From NCBI GenBank assembly GCA_051306005.1, contig JBPPMJ010000003.1, positions 409,144 through 473,143 of the forward strand: a DNA stretch of 64,000 bases, given 5' to 3'. Both the position numbers and the translations under genes were made by a program. This document shows, piece after piece, positions 10,650-21,858 of the stretch; the first letter of the stretch is position 1, and each line of letters begins with the position of its first letter. The notes below the pieces were generated by a model. The model had not been told where the DNA came from. It ran no database searches and saw only the letters and a list, made by a program, of their open reading frames with translations. The stretch is from Minisyncoccota bacterium. Its GTDB lineage: Bacteria; Patescibacteriota; Minisyncoccia; Moranbacterales; UBA1568.

Positions 10650-11351
10650 TCAACAGATAACGGTACCAATAAATGACCGACCGTCCAAATAGCGCCGAAT
10701 GTTTTCCAAATCCGCACCGTTCATGATAGCAACTTCCATTTGTTCCGCTTCTGCCAATTTGGATGCTATCGGATCAAATGGCACACTCATACCAGGACTC
10801 CATTCATTGCCAACAATTTTACGAAATGCCGACCAATTTATTTTTTTTATTTTTTGAGCATCCGCATATTGATGTGGATCTTTATCACACACATAATCGA
10901 TATTAGAAAGATTTATCATCTTTTTCACATCCAAATACTTCCCAAGCAATACAGCATCATAATCTGTGGAACATCCTGGACGCCACCCCGCTGCTACCAA
11001 AATAGGCTCTTTCACATCATAGAAATCCTCTAAATTATGTGGATTGGTATTGATGCGCGGATGTGCATAAGAACGGAAAACTGTGCGGATAAAGTGTGCG
11101 TTCATACGTGTTGCATGAATACCGAGCCAATCACTATCTTCATTCGTGATATTAGCAATCTTGTCAGCTGCTTCGATATATTTTCGTGCCGTTTTGCCAC
11201 CACCAGTCACCAAGATAAAAGAATGCCCCAAACGCACATACTCTAAAATTAATTTTTTAAAATCCTTGACAAATCGCCAATCAATATCATCTGGTACCAA
11301 AAGCGATCCACCAAGAGAAATCAAAATCCTTTCTCGTTTCTGAGGAACCAT
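10650..11351 (-). CDS. pyrH: amino-acid kinase family protein, probably UMP kinase (archaeal-type PyrH)
   Basis: 233 aa. N-terminal ILISLGGSLL and internal VTGGG are hallmarks of the carbamate/uridylate kinase fold. The length fits a short UMP kinase, but an isopentenyl phosphate kinase is not excluded. Confidence 0.5.
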   Translation of the reverse strand: MVPQKRERILISLGGSLLVPDDIDWRFVKDFKKLILEYVRLGHSFILVTGGGKTARKYIEAADKIANITNEDSDWLGIHATRMNAHFIRTVFRSYAHPRINTNPHNLEDFYDVKEPILVAAGWRPGCSTDYDAVLLGKYLDVKKMINLSNIDYVCDKDPHQYADAQKIKKINWSAFRKIVGNEWSPGMSVPFDPIASKLAEAEQMEVAIMNGADLENIRRYLDGRSFIGTVIC

Positions 11352-11357
11352 AAAAAA

Positions 11358-12602
11358 TTATTTTTGAAGAAATGTTACTAACTGATCAAGGGGTATGTCA
11401 GTCACTGTGTCGCTTGTACGTTTTTTGACTTCTGCCGTCCCAGCCATAACTCCGCGCTTTCCTAGCACTATACGATATGGTATACCAAACAAATCACTTT
11501 CGGCGAATTTCTCTCCCGCCCGTATATTACGATCGTCATAGAGCACTTCGATACCGACATCGTGCAAAGCATGATAGATTTCTTCAGCTTTTTCATTGGC
11601 ATCCAAGGAAAGCAAATGCACACGAAACGGCGCCACTTCTTCTGGCCAAACCAGACCTTTGCCATCCGACAATACCTCCGCAATCGTACCCATAGCACGC
11701 GCCGGACCAATACCATAACATCCCATCAACGTAGCATGGGTCATTCCTACCTCATCTTTGAATGTCGCTCCCAAAGATTCCGAAAAACGTGTGCCTAAAT
11801 TAAAAATATTTCCTACTTCGATGGATTTATGTGCAACCAAATTTTCACGTCGTATACCCAAATCCGCCAACACCTCCTCATTCAACACCTCCTCATTCAA
11901 TGCTTTGCCGGTCACTTGATCCACATAGATATTGTCTTCACCCGCTGAACTGATTGTCTGAAACTCCTCGGAATACTGACTAAAAGCGCCTCCAGATGCA
12001 AAAGCTGGATACGTCATGGTACCAATACCCAAGCGCGTAAAAATACGAATATAGGCCTGACGTACCGAAGCATACACGCGTTCATGTTCTTCGGAAGTCC
12101 GTGCAAAGGAATAAAGATCTTTCATAATGAATTCACGCGTGCGCATAATGCCAGATTTAGCACGAGTTTCATTCCGAAACTTGGTCTGAAATTGATAGAG
12201 AAGAACGGGTAAATCGCGATACGAAGTGATATGTTGACTCACAAGACGGGTCATTGGCTCTTCGTGCGACCAGCCCAATCCCACTTCCGTGTCGTTTTTC
12301 AAAACAGTCTTGAACCACACATCTGCCTGGCTATCATCCCAACGATTCGTCTTTTCCCAAAGAGTTTTGTCCTGTAAGGCGGTTAATGAAACTTCTTGTC
12401 CTCCTATCTGATCCATCTCTTGCCGAATGATACGGATGATATTATTCAACACACGCAATCCGAGAGGCAAAAAAGCATACACCCCCGCCATTTCTTTGGA
12501 AACAAAACCGGCTCGCATCAAAAGCTGTGCGTTTTTACTCACTTCATCCTTGGGATCCTCTTTTTTGGTTCGTGTGAACAAACTTGTTTGATACATACAC
12601 AA
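11358..12602 (-). CDS. proS: prolyl-tRNA synthetase, short class II form without an editing domain
   Basis: N-terminal ...SKNAQLLMRAGF..., class II motifs and a C-terminal anticodon-binding region. 414 aa. Confidence 0.8.
   Translation of the reverse strand: MCMYQTSLFTRTKKEDPKDEVSKNAQLLMRAGFVSKEMAGVYAFLPLGLRVLNNIIRIIRQEMDQIGGQEVSLTALQDKTLWEKTNRWDDSQADVWFKTVLKNDTEVGLGWSHEEPMTRLVSQHITSYRDLPVLLYQFQTKFRNETRAKSGIMRTREFIMKDLYSFARTSEEHERVYASVRQAYIRIFTRLGIGTMTYPAFASGGAFSQYSEEFQTISSAGEDNIYVDQVTGKALNEEVLNEEVLADLGIRRENLVAHKSIEVGNIFNLGTRFSESLGATFKDEVGMTHATLMGCYGIGPARAMGTIAEVLSDGKGLVWPEEVAPFRVHLLSLDANEKAEEIYHALHDVGIEVLYDDRNIRAGEKFAESDLFGIPYRIVLGKRGVMAGTAEVKKRTSDTVTDIPLDQLVTFLQK
11871..11900. repeat. perfect 15-bp tandem direct repeat (cacctcctcattcaa x2) inside proS, giving an in-frame EEVLN duplication
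   Basis: Read directly. The protein shows ...ALNEEVLNEEVLADL.... Confidence 0.9.
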
Positions 12603-12619
12603 GCAACAATATCGATAAA

Positions 12620-13858
12620 CTACAATGTCACTATGATTTTTTTCTCCTCGCCGTTTCGCAGAATTTGCAACTCAACCACATCTCCCTGATTAAAACGTGA
12701 CAACACAGCGGAAAGAGGCGTACTGAGATCAATTGCTATATCTGCCACCGCCAGAATGATATCTCCAGCTTGAATCCCCGCTTGCATCGCAGGAGACTGA
12801 GCAATCACAGCAAGTCCCGTCTTGCCTGATGGTGCATAGATAAGTGCGCCACGATCAATCGGTAATGCCTGGCTCACCGCCAAAGACGGAGTAATGGAAA
12901 CATAGTAGGCTCCAAAAATAGCACGTTTATTCAATGTGCCTTGCAGAGCACGATCAAAAGAGGCACGCACGACATTTGCAGGAATCAAAAATGGTTTCAG
13001 TATGCCGTCTAAGGTCACTACACCGATCAAGCCGATCATTTCTCCATTGTAACCAATTACCGGTCCCCCGACAAAATCTTGCTCATTTTGCATATCCGTT
13101 TCCATAACACCCTCCCACTTTTCGGAAGAAGCTACCGTTTTGCCAGATAAATTGAAAGTAGGGTCATAAGCACTGACAATACCTGCTGCCAAACGGCTCT
13201 GATACGATGTAAGCGCACCTGCGATAGCAATGGCTTTTTTGCCCACGCGAGTATCATCAGAATTAGCGAAAGCGATAGCGGGGGTATTCTCAACATCGCG
13301 CAAACGTAAAAAAGTGAGATTTAACAAAACATCATGCCCAACCATATCAGCACTATATTTTCGCGCATCAAAAAGAAACACTGTGTATTCTTTCTCTTCT
13401 ACAGCAGTACTTATAAGAGGGCGTTCATCATAAAAAACGACTAAACCATCATTGGTCAATAACACCCCGTTGCTTATCATGACTGATTTGTTCTCCGTTT
13501 TGTCCTGTGTTGCCGTCTTGGTACGCGACAAAGACACCACTCTCACTACGGCGGTTGCTGGCTGAGAAACGATTTTTTCTATTGAATCATCCTCACGTAT
13601 GACAATTTGCTCAGTTTTATTGATAATAGTTGTCTGTGCGTTCAACTTTTGAAATATCGGAGAACGGTTCAGTGCAGGAATAACAGAAAGATGCGGTATA
13701 GCATACCGATCAAACCATATTCCTCCGAAACCACTGATCAAAACAATAAGAATGCCTAGCAGACTCCAGAAAATCAACTTACGAAACAATGAAAAGTTCA
13801 TATACGAAAGATATACCCTATGAAAAATTGAATAACACGAATACTTGCAGATTAGCAC
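12620..13858 (-). CDS. HtrA/DegP-family homologue with a PDZ domain and a degenerate catalytic triad (pseudo-protease)
   Basis: N-terminal TM anchor, a trypsin-like core and a C-terminal PDZ (GIQAGDIILAV...). The Ser motif is DFVGGPV instead of GNSGGP, and the His position is TNDGLVV instead of TNxHVV. Compare the intact paralogue at 47404-48705. Confidence 0.6.
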   Translation of the reverse strand: MLICKYSCYSIFHRVYLSYMNFSLFRKLIFWSLLGILIVLISGFGGIWFDRYAIPHLSVIPALNRSPIFQKLNAQTTIINKTEQIVIREDDSIEKIVSQPATAVVRVVSLSRTKTATQDKTENKSVMISNGVLLTNDGLVVFYDERPLISTAVEEKEYTVFLFDARKYSADMVGHDVLLNLTFLRLRDVENTPAIAFANSDDTRVGKKAIAIAGALTSYQSRLAAGIVSAYDPTFNLSGKTVASSEKWEGVMETDMQNEQDFVGGPVIGYNGEMIGLIGVVTLDGILKPFLIPANVVRASFDRALQGTLNKRAIFGAYYVSITPSLAVSQALPIDRGALIYAPSGKTGLAVIAQSPAMQAGIQAGDIILAVADIAIDLSTPLSAVLSRFNQGDVVELQILRNGEEKKIIVTL

Positions 13859-14127
13859 ATCTGTCTAATACTGACAACAAGAAATGGTGAATTCTAAGCC
13901 TATTACCAATTTTTTGGCATGAATTACCAGAAGATTGGGGAGGTGGTGAGGAATTTCTGAGAACACCTCTTCTATGGCCTTCCGTTTTCCTAAGAAGAAG
14001 TATTACGAGAGATAATGAAACAGAAAGTGGTTTGCGTGCCGAGACAAAGAAGTTCTTACAGATACCTGCCTCAGAAAGAGGATGGTAAATCTTAAATTTA
14101 CCCAAAATATTTTGTCTATCCCGTTGT

Positions 14128-14895
14128 TCATCTAACCAAATGCCATGGCGTACTGAAGAGCAAGATACCCATCAAACAAAGAAAAAACGATATCTGCCAC
14201 ACCGCTTTACGAAGAGATAATGTTCTATGAAAGGCATCAAATGAAATATCCCAGAGGATAAAAAAGAAAATTAACACAAGTGCTCCCGATGTCAAATATC
14301 CAAAAGGCCAAAAACTCATTATCCAAGCCATCTCTGCCATCAATAACCCTAAGAGGACACTATAAACCCAAAGCCTGGTCTTTTCGATACCAATACGCTC
14401 AATACCGATAAATGTTTCATGACTCGTCAGCATCGTGCCAAAAAAATAAACTAACATCAATCCCCAAAGTGGAAAAGAAAAATTGAGATAAAAACCATAT
14501 ACGCCAGAATAGAAAAAGAATAATCCAGAAACTGCTGAAGTATTCAGAAGCGCTTGCGCTGTTTTGTCTTTAGGCGCATGACGTAAACGATAGGCGCCCA
14601 GCAACGCCGTATAATACATCATGGTACTCAAGACGACGAACATTTGCTGTTTAGTAAACGTATCAATAAGTCCAAACAAAATCGGTACCGCGATTGCGAG
14701 TAATCCCGGCAAAAAAGCATCTGAATATCGCTTGGTCAACTTATGACTTGCTACAAGAGAAATAATTAAGAGAGGTAAGATAGCAAAGAAATACCAGTTC
14801 CATGTTGGTACGACCGGATTGAGAGCCGTCAATTCCAAGCCAACCAAAAAAATGAAACTCCAAAAGAAAATAGTGAAATGGAACAACATAAACAA
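14128..14895 (-). CDS. hypothetical polytopic membrane protein
   Basis: 255 aa with about 8 hydrophobic helices and no recognisable motif. Confidence 0.5.
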   Translation of the reverse strand: MFMLFHFTIFFWSFIFLVGLELTALNPVVPTWNWYFFAILPLLIISLVASHKLTKRYSDAFLPGLLAIAVPILFGLIDTFTKQQMFVVLSTMMYYTALLGAYRLRHAPKDKTAQALLNTSAVSGLFFFYSGVYGFYLNFSFPLWGLMLVYFFGTMLTSHETFIGIERIGIEKTRLWVYSVLLGLLMAEMAWIMSFWPFGYLTSGALVLIFFFILWDISFDAFHRTLSLRKAVWQISFFLCLMGILLFSTPWHLVR

Positions 14896-14942
14896 TGGGC
14901 ATGCCTAAAAAATACCAACCTTTTACATGACGTGTTGTCTGC

Positions 14943-17582
14943 TTACTTCTTTTTTTTGACTGCTTTTTCCGTAAAGGTAATTTTTTCTTTTTTCATATCC
15001 ACTTCAATACTCTCTCCACTGTGCACTTTTTTCTCCAAAATTTCAAGTGCCAAGGGATCAAGAAGCATGTTTTGGATCACTCGACGTAATGGCCGTGCCC
15101 CATAGAGCGGGTCAAATCCGATCTTGGCAAGATGTACACGCAGTGCGTCAGAAAAAATCAATTTTATATCCCGCTCTTGCAGGCGTCTAGCCACCATATC
15201 CAACTGCACATCCACGATTTGTCGCAACATTGCCGGCGACAAAGAATGAAAAAGCACAATTTCATCAATACGGTTTAAAAACTCAGGGCGGAACGTCTCA
15301 CGTAAACTCGTCAAAATACGATCACGAATTTCTTTTTCAGAAACCACACTATCATTTTCTTGCTCTTCTTTGAATCCAAGGGTCTGGGCTCGTACCAAAA
15401 TTTCCGAACCAACATTAGAAGTCAAAATAATGACTGTATTTTTGAAATTCACGGTACGTCCTTTAGCATCCGTCAAACGCCCATCATCAAGAATCTGCAA
15501 CAAAATATTGAACACACTTGGATGTGCCTTCTCAATCTCATCAAACAAAATAACACTATACGGTCGACGACGGATACGTTCGGTTAATTGCCCACCTTCT
15601 TCATAACCAACATAGCCTGGCGGTGAACCAATCAACTTTGCCGTCGAATGGGATTCCATATATTCCGACATATCTATACGAACCAATGCCTTTTCATCAT
15701 CAAACAAAAATTCCGCTAAAACCTTGGCGAGTTCAGTCTTACCTACACCTGTCATCCCGAGAAAAATAAATGATCCGATCGGACGTGTTTCTTCCGCCAG
15801 TCCGGCCCGAGAGCGACGAATGGCGTTGGCAACGGTATTGATTGCTTCATCCTGTCCAATGACTCGTTTTTGAAGCGCTTTTTCCATAGTAATCAACTTC
15901 TCTGACTCCTTTTCCAGCATCTTGGCTACAGGAACACCTGTCGCCCGTGATACTACGAATGCAATATCCTCTTCAGTAATTTCCTCTTTCAAAATAAATC
16001 CGGTTTTCTGTAAATTTTCCAGTTTTTTTTCTTCATCACGGATATGTTTTTCTAGTTCTGGAATCTTTCCATAACGAATTTCCGCCACGCGATCCAACTC
16101 GCCATTCCGCTCTGCCATTTCAGCTTCTGATTTAAGTTTATCTTTTTCCGCCTTATGCTCACGGGATGTCATAATCAATTCACGTTCAGAACGCCACTGC
16201 AAAGACAACTTTTGTGATTGTTCTTTTAGCGTTGCCAATTCCTGATCAATGGTTTCAATTTTCTTTTTGTTCTGCGTATCATTTTCTTTGGATAATGCTC
16301 GTTTTTCAATTTCCAAACGACGAATGCTACGCTCCATCTGATCCAGCTCCGTCGGCATCGAATCAATCTCCATTCTTCGTAAAGAAGCTGCCTCATCCAC
16401 CAAATCAATTGCCTTGTCAGGCAAAAAACGATCATTAATATAACGACAAGAAAGTTTGACCGCGGCAATCAAAGCATCGTCAGTTATTTTGACGCCATGA
16501 TGCAAAGCATACTTTTCCTTGATACCACGCAAAATGGCAATCGCATCTTCTTCCGATGGCTCACTCACATACACCGGCTGAAAACGTCGCTCTAAAGCTG
16601 CGTCCTTTTCAATATATTTTTGATACTCTTTGAGTGTCGTGGCCCCGATGGCACGCAATTTACCTCGTGCTAATGCTGGTTTCAACATATTAGAAGCATC
16701 TAAAGACCCCTCAGTCGCCCCAGCTCCAACCAACGTGTGAAGCTCGTCAATAAACAAAATACAACGATCAGCCGAACGCTCCACTTCTTTCAAAATTGCT
16801 TTCAACCGTTCCTCAAATTCACCACGAAACTTGGCACCGGCTAACAATGAACCAAGATCCAAAGAAATAACCTCTTTGTTTTTCAAATTTTCCGGAACGT
16901 CTCCTGCCACAATACGTTGTGCCAATCCCTCGACGATTGCTGTTTTTCCAGTGCCTGCCTCCCCAATCAAAACAGGATTATTCTTGGTGCGACGAGATAA
17001 GACCTGCATCACACGCCGTATCTCTTCATCTCGCCCGATGACTGGATCCAGCTTGTCTTCACGCGCCAACTGAGTGATATTGATTGCGTATTTTTCCAAC
17101 GCTCGATAGGTCTGTTCTGGTTCCTGGTTTTCCACTTGCTGAGTCCCCCGTACTTGTGACAAAATTTTCAAAACCGCATCATACTGAATACCAGCCTCAT
17201 GCAACAATTTCGTCACTGGATGCGTTATCGTCAAAAGTGCCAAAAGCATATGTTCTGTTGAAACGAAACTGTCACCTATTTTTTGCATTTCCTTTTCCGT
17301 AGTGTTGAACACCTGCACCAAAACAGGAGACACAGAAATTTGTCCCACTGATCCCGTCTCACCCTGCGGCAAATGATCCATTGTATCTGCAACCTTCCCT
17401 TTCAGTTTTTCGATATCAACCTGTAACTTCCCAAGAATGACCGGAATAATGGAATCAGCTTGCATGAGTAACGCATATAGCAGATGCGCGACATCCATTT
17501 GTGAATTGCTTCGTGATAAGGCGATTTCCTGAGCGTTTTTCAACGCTTCCTGACTCTTAAGAGTCAATTTATTAAAATCCAT
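14943..17582 (-). CDS. clpB: ATP-dependent chaperone ClpB
   Basis: N-domain ([14 protein letters not shown]...), D1 ([15 protein letters not shown]), a long coiled-coil M-domain and D2 ([19 protein letters not shown]). The start was set at the Met matching the ClpB N-terminus. Confidence 0.92.
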   Translation of the reverse strand: MDFNKLTLKSQEALKNAQEIALSRSNSQMDVAHLLYALLMQADSIIPVILGKLQVDIEKLKGKVADTMDHLPQGETGSVGQISVSPVLVQVFNTTEKEMQKIGDSFVSTEHMLLALLTITHPVTKLLHEAGIQYDAVLKILSQVRGTQQVENQEPEQTYRALEKYAINITQLAREDKLDPVIGRDEEIRRVMQVLSRRTKNNPVLIGEAGTGKTAIVEGLAQRIVAGDVPENLKNKEVISLDLGSLLAGAKFRGEFEERLKAILKEVERSADRCILFIDELHTLVGAGATEGSLDASNMLKPALARGKLRAIGATTLKEYQKYIEKDAALERRFQPVYVSEPSEEDAIAILRGIKEKYALHHGVKITDDALIAAVKLSCRYINDRFLPDKAIDLVDEAASLRRMEIDSMPTELDQMERSIRRLEIEKRALSKENDTQNKKKIETIDQELATLKEQSQKLSLQWRSERELIMTSREHKAEKDKLKSEAEMAERNGELDRVAEIRYGKIPELEKHIRDEEKKLENLQKTGFILKEEITEEDIAFVVSRATGVPVAKMLEKESEKLITMEKALQKRVIGQDEAINTVANAIRRSRAGLAEETRPIGSFIFLGMTGVGKTELAKVLAEFLFDDEKALVRIDMSEYMESHSTAKLIGSPPGYVGYEEGGQLTERIRRRPYSVILFDEIEKAHPSVFNILLQILDDGRLTDAKGRTVNFKNTVIILTSNVGSEILVRAQTLGFKEEQENDSVVSEKEIRDRILTSLRETFRPEFLNRIDEIVLFHSLSPAMLRQIVDVQLDMVARRLQERDIKLIFSDALRVHLAKIGFDPLYGARPLRRVIQNMLLDPLALEILEKKVHSGESIEVDMKKEKITFTEKAVKKKK

Positions 17583-17683
17583 AGAGTTTGTTTGTTCAAC
17601 AAATAAATAAGAGATACCAAACATTATTTCTCATTTTTTGTCTGCTGTTTCTCTTTTGTTAAGAATATCATATATCTAAAAAA

Positions 17684-17710
17684 TTAGCAATCACCATATG
17701 AGAGTGCTAA
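17684..17710. promoter_or_regulatory. CIRCE operator (HrcA binding site) about 100 bp upstream of clpB
   Basis: TTAGCAATC-N9-GAGTGCTAA, one mismatch from the consensus TTAGCACTC-N9-GAGTGCTAA. Confidence 0.75.
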
Positions 17711-17756
17711 TTAAAAATATCTCTATAAAGCCATTTTTTATATTCTTGCTCTTTTT

Positions 17757-18170
17757 TCAAGGCAAGTTATTTTTTCCAGCGACTTGAAAATTAACATAAA
17801 GATTCAGTAGATAATTCCAAAATCCAGTCACCAGGGCGATAAGAATCCTGGAAAACAGATAATGCCAATGCCATACCGTCACCAACAGTGCCATCCCCCC
17901 AATCACCAAACCAAAACCGCACAGGGCGATGAGTAAAAATATCCCATAACTGGAACGGGTCGATTGCACGCTTCCACGAAAAATAAATTTCCGACTGCAG
18001 AAATAATTGATTGACACGGCTGTAGCAAAAGCGATGCCCGAAGCCATAACTGGATGCCAACCAAATACATCTGTCAAGAGAAATAATAGTCCGAGATCAA
18101 AAATAAACGTCGATATTCCAACTACGGAATATCGCATCAACCTCAATATCCCACGTCTATCAATACGCAT
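17757..18170 (-). CDS. GtrA-family small membrane protein (polysaccharide synthesis/translocation associated)
   Basis: 137 aa with 4 TM helices and the GtrA-like signature (RYSVVGISTFIFDLGLLFLL...NYLLNLYVNF). Confidence 0.65.
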   Translation of the reverse strand: MRIDRRGILRLMRYSVVGISTFIFDLGLLFLLTDVFGWHPVMASGIAFATAVSINYFCSRKFIFRGSVQSTRSSYGIFLLIALCGFGLVIGGMALLVTVWHWHYLFSRILIALVTGFWNYLLNLYVNFQVAGKNNLP

Positions 18171-18180
18171 ACAAACTTAA

Positions 18181-18774
18181 TCAATCATGTACCGCTTCTT
18201 CTACTGCAAACCGCGGAAACAACAAGTCATAAAATGCCTGCTTCTCTTCTTCATACAAACGCAAACGATACAATGTTTCCTTGAGATAACCCTTACATCG
18301 AAAGCGTGGATGTTCCACCAGATATAATAATTCGTCAAAATCTATCAGACGTCTCTCTATTTTTTCTCCTGGATCGGGCATACCGTCATGCACCTGTACA
18401 CAATCACGCGCAATAAAAATATGACAAGCCCCCTGAACACTGCCTACGCTTTCAATCGTTTTCCATAAAAAAAGGTCATCTGATCGATGGCCTGTTTCTT
18501 CCAAAAGTTCCCGATGAGCTGCGATCAACGGCTCTTCGTTGGGATCCACCCTTCCTCCGGGAAAAGAAATAAATTTCGGATGTGTGGGTTGTTCCTGTTC
18601 CAGTATTATTACCCGTCCATCTACCATAGCAATCATTTCAACGCTATCGGGATGTACGACTTTCTCAAAAATGGCTGTTGATCCATCATATAGCTCCTGG
18701 TGCCATTGATAAACCCGAAAAACCACTCCCTCAAAAACAAGCTCTGCGGAATCTGGTATGTTTTTTGATTGCAT
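18181..18774 (-). CDS. NUDIX hydrolase
   Basis: Nudix box GGRVDPNEEPLIAAHRELLEETG (GX5EX7REUXEEXGU). Confidence 0.85.
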   Translation of the reverse strand: MQSKNIPDSAELVFEGVVFRVYQWHQELYDGSTAIFEKVVHPDSVEMIAMVDGRVIILEQEQPTHPKFISFPGGRVDPNEEPLIAAHRELLEETGHRSDDLFLWKTIESVGSVQGACHIFIARDCVQVHDGMPDPGEKIERRLIDFDELLYLVEHPRFRCKGYLKETLYRLRLYEEEKQAFYDLLFPRFAVEEAVHD

Positions 18775-19199
18775 ACGCCAGAATATTCCACTATTTAGAC
18801 TGTATCGTGTCTCTATACAAAGTATATCATCAATGGCCGAAAAGAGTATAGGGCTCCTAGATCAATACTACCAAAAACTTCAAGTACCTACAAGTCAACC
18901 TCAGAGCAAGGCATCAGCCACCCCCTTCATCTCCTTCATATTCGGATGCGTGATGTAAATGATGATGAATTTCATAGACTATTACAACTGATTATTTCTC
19001 AAAGTATAGTAGTTTTCTGATTGAGGTAAAAGAAAATCATTTTCAATATCTATCAAAAACTGTTTCAAATGAACATAAGTATCTTTACAAAATAGAACGT
19101 TTATTTCTCCATTCAGTCAACTCCATCGTATCTTCAAGTGCTATTGGTGGGGACTTCTAGCTATTAATTCTAATTTAGAAAAAAATAATAAAAACTCGT

Positions 19200-19240
19200 C
19201 TAAAATAATGTAAGAGCGGAGGGAAAACCCTCCGCTCTTA
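19200..19240 (-). terminator. rho-independent terminator downstream of dnaK
   Basis: Perfect 11-bp stem agagcggaggg / ccctccgctct with an aaaa loop, followed by a T-run on the minus strand. Confidence 0.8.
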
Positions 19241-19248
19241 TTCTACTC

Positions 19249-21183
19249 CTACTTTTTCTCCTCGTCTGTTGACTTGTCGCCTTCAGGCTTTGTTGGCTCT
19301 GTTTCGGCATCCTTCGGTGCTTCAACGGTGCCTTCACCTTCCGACTTAGCTTCACCTGGCTGAGTAGCGGCTTGTGCCTCCTGGGTTGCCTTGTAGAGCT
19401 TCTCACCGATCTTCTGCGCGACTTGGGAGAGAGCTTCGGTCGCCTTCTTGATGGCTTCAAGGTCGTCGCCGTTCTTGACTTTGTTGAGCTCAGTGATAGC
19501 TTCCTCAACAGGCTTCTTTTCATCTTCGGTGAGTTTGTCACCGGCGTCTTTCATCGATTTCTCCGTGGTGTAGGAGAGGCTGTCGGCCATATTGCGTGCC
19601 TCAATGAGTTCTTTCTTGCGCTTGTCTTCTTCAGCGTGCAGTTCGGCGTCCTTGGTCATCCGCTCGATCTCATCCTTGGAAAGTCCGGTGGATGATTCAA
19701 TGCGGATGGACTGGGATTTGTTCGTTGCCTTGTCTTTGGCAGTAACGGACAAGATACCGGAAGCATCGATGTCAAACGTTACTTCGATCTGAGGGACACC
19801 ACGGGGTGCTGGTGGAATACCATCAAGGATGAATTGGCCGAGAGACTTATTATCAGATGCCATCTCACGCTCACCTTGCAAAACATGGATCTGTACGGAT
19901 GGCTGGTTGTCAGCGGCGGTTGAGAATGTCTGCGAACGGGATACCGGAACGGTCGTGTTTCGATCAATGAGCGGAGTTCGCACACCTCCCATCGTCTCGA
20001 TACCAAATGTAAGTGGAGTGACATCCAGCAAGAGTACGTCTTTGACTGATCCTTCGAGCACACCTCCTTGAAGAGCGGCACCGAGTGCGACGACTTCATC
20101 AGGATTGACGGTGATGTTTGGTTTCTTACCGAAGAATTTTTCCACGGATGACAGCACGAGTGGCATACGGGTCATTCCTCCGACGAGTACGACTTCATTG
20201 ATGTCTTTCACTGTAAGCTTGGCATCGGCAAGAGCTTTTTTTACCGGTTCAAATGACGCTTCCACGAGGTCGTGTACGAGCTCTTCAAGTTTGGCACGAG
20301 TCATCTTGAGCAACAAATGCTTCGGGCCGTTGGCATCACTCGTGATGAATGGCTGATTAATCTCAGTGTCATTTGCGGTGGAGAGTTCAATCTTTGCTTT
20401 TTCCGCAGCCTCCTTGATGCGCTGGAGCGAGAGCGGATCTTTGGAAAGATCGATACCTTCCTGTTTCTTGAATTCATCAATAATCCAGTGGATGATGCGC
20501 TGGTCAAAGTCATCACCTCCGAGATGTGTATCGCCGTTCGTGGATTTCACTTCGACTGTGTCTTCGGCGACTTCGAGGATAGAAATATCAAAAGTTCCAC
20601 CACCGAGGTCGTAGACCGCAATCTTCTCATCTTTCTTTTTGTTGAAACCATAGGCAAGGGCGGCGGCGGTCGGCTCGTTGATGATGCGACGAACATTAAA
20701 ACCAGCAATTTCTCCAGCTTCCTTGGTCGCTTTACGCTGAGAATCATCGAAGTACGCCGGTACCGTAATGACGGCATCGGTGATCTTCTCGCCAAGCTTC
20801 TCTTCAGCATCGGCTTTGAGTTTGCTTAAAATCATCGCGCTGACTTCCTGTGGCGTATATTCCTTGCCTCCCATAACAATTTTCACGCCCTCGCCTGCCT
20901 GAATCACTTTATAGGGCAAAGTCTTCATATCACGTTGTACCTCGTCGTCATTGAAATGTCGTCCAATGAGGCGTTTGACAGAAAACAATGTATTTTCTGG
21001 ATTAGTGACACCTTGACGTTTGGCAAGCAACCCAACAAGACGCTCGCCGGTCTTGGATATCGCCACCATCGATGGTGTTGTACGATTTCCTTCCTTGTTT
21101 TCGACGATAGATGGGGCGCCCCCTTCGACAAATGCCATCGCGGAATTTGTTGTTCCCAAATCGATACCCAGTATCTTGCTCAT
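19249..21183 (-). CDS. dnaK: molecular chaperone DnaK (Hsp70)
   Basis: [14 protein letters not shown]..., DLGGGTFD and the full Hsp70 architecture. 644 aa. Confidence 0.97.
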   Translation of the reverse strand: MSKILGIDLGTTNSAMAFVEGGAPSIVENKEGNRTTPSMVAISKTGERLVGLLAKRQGVTNPENTLFSVKRLIGRHFNDDEVQRDMKTLPYKVIQAGEGVKIVMGGKEYTPQEVSAMILSKLKADAEEKLGEKITDAVITVPAYFDDSQRKATKEAGEIAGFNVRRIINEPTAAALAYGFNKKKDEKIAVYDLGGGTFDISILEVAEDTVEVKSTNGDTHLGGDDFDQRIIHWIIDEFKKQEGIDLSKDPLSLQRIKEAAEKAKIELSTANDTEINQPFITSDANGPKHLLLKMTRAKLEELVHDLVEASFEPVKKALADAKLTVKDINEVVLVGGMTRMPLVLSSVEKFFGKKPNITVNPDEVVALGAALQGGVLEGSVKDVLLLDVTPLTFGIETMGGVRTPLIDRNTTVPVSRSQTFSTAADNQPSVQIHVLQGEREMASDNKSLGQFILDGIPPAPRGVPQIEVTFDIDASGILSVTAKDKATNKSQSIRIESSTGLSKDEIERMTKDAELHAEEDKRKKELIEARNMADSLSYTTEKSMKDAGDKLTEDEKKPVEEAITELNKVKNGDDLEAIKKATEALSQVAQKIGEKLYKATQEAQAATQPGEAKSEGEGTVEAPKDAETEPTKPEGDKSTDEEKK

Positions 21184-21235
21184 ATGTGTATAATATTACG
21201 AATAATGTTTTGTATAAAATTAGAACTCTGTGCTT

Positions 21236-21844
21236 TCAAACAATTTTTCCAGATCTTTCACTCACGATAACCTTGGCTGGTCGAATAACTCTCGTTCCAA
21301 AGCGATAACCTCTCTGTAGGACCTTGGTTACCATATCTTGTGGTTCGGTGATAGCAGATGGTACATGTTCTACCCGTTCACTACTGATTGCCTCATGGAT
21401 ATTCGGATCAAACGCCTCGCCAGGCTGTACTTCTATCGTTTCCACGCCGTGGTCGGTCAAGACAGATTCCAATTGCTTTTCAATATATTGAATACCGATA
21501 ACCCACGGGCTTTCTTTTTGCTCAGCCGGCACGTGCAAGGTCGCGGAACGAAAATTATCCAAAACAGGAACGATATCGAGAACCAATTTCTCTATCAAAT
21601 ATCCTGTCAATTCTTTCTGCGAAACTGCCTGTCGTTTCTTATAATTCTCAAACTCTGCCTGTGTGCGTTTCCAATCTTCCAGATATTCGGTAGCCTTTTC
21701 CTGCCAATCAATCGTAGTCTCTCCAGTGGCTATCGTATTTTCATCGGCACGTAAATCTTCTGTACTCTGCTTTTTGGGACGTGGCATGATTTCCTCATGT
21801 GAAATCTCAAATTCGTCGTCTGGATGATGCTTGTTTTTTGCCAT
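21236..21844 (-). CDS. grpE: nucleotide exchange factor GrpE
   Basis: GrpE coiled-coil plus beta-domain (...FENYKKR..., ...DPNIHEAIS...). It sits between hrcA and dnaK. Confidence 0.85.
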   Translation of the reverse strand: MAKNKHHPDDEFEISHEEIMPRPKKQSTEDLRADENTIATGETTIDWQEKATEYLEDWKRTQAEFENYKKRQAVSQKELTGYLIEKLVLDIVPVLDNFRSATLHVPAEQKESPWVIGIQYIEKQLESVLTDHGVETIEVQPGEAFDPNIHEAISSERVEHVPSAITEPQDMVTKVLQRGYRFGTRVIRPAKVIVSERSGKIV

Positions 21845-21858
21845 ACGCGTTTTGCTTT

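Noticed and set aside
19200-20829. Several 60-185-aa ORFs on both strands inside dnaK (19200-19541, 19372-19695, 20272-20829 and others)
   Set aside because: They overlap the unmistakable dnaK reading frame and are Arg/Ser-rich antisense artefacts of a GC-richer gene.
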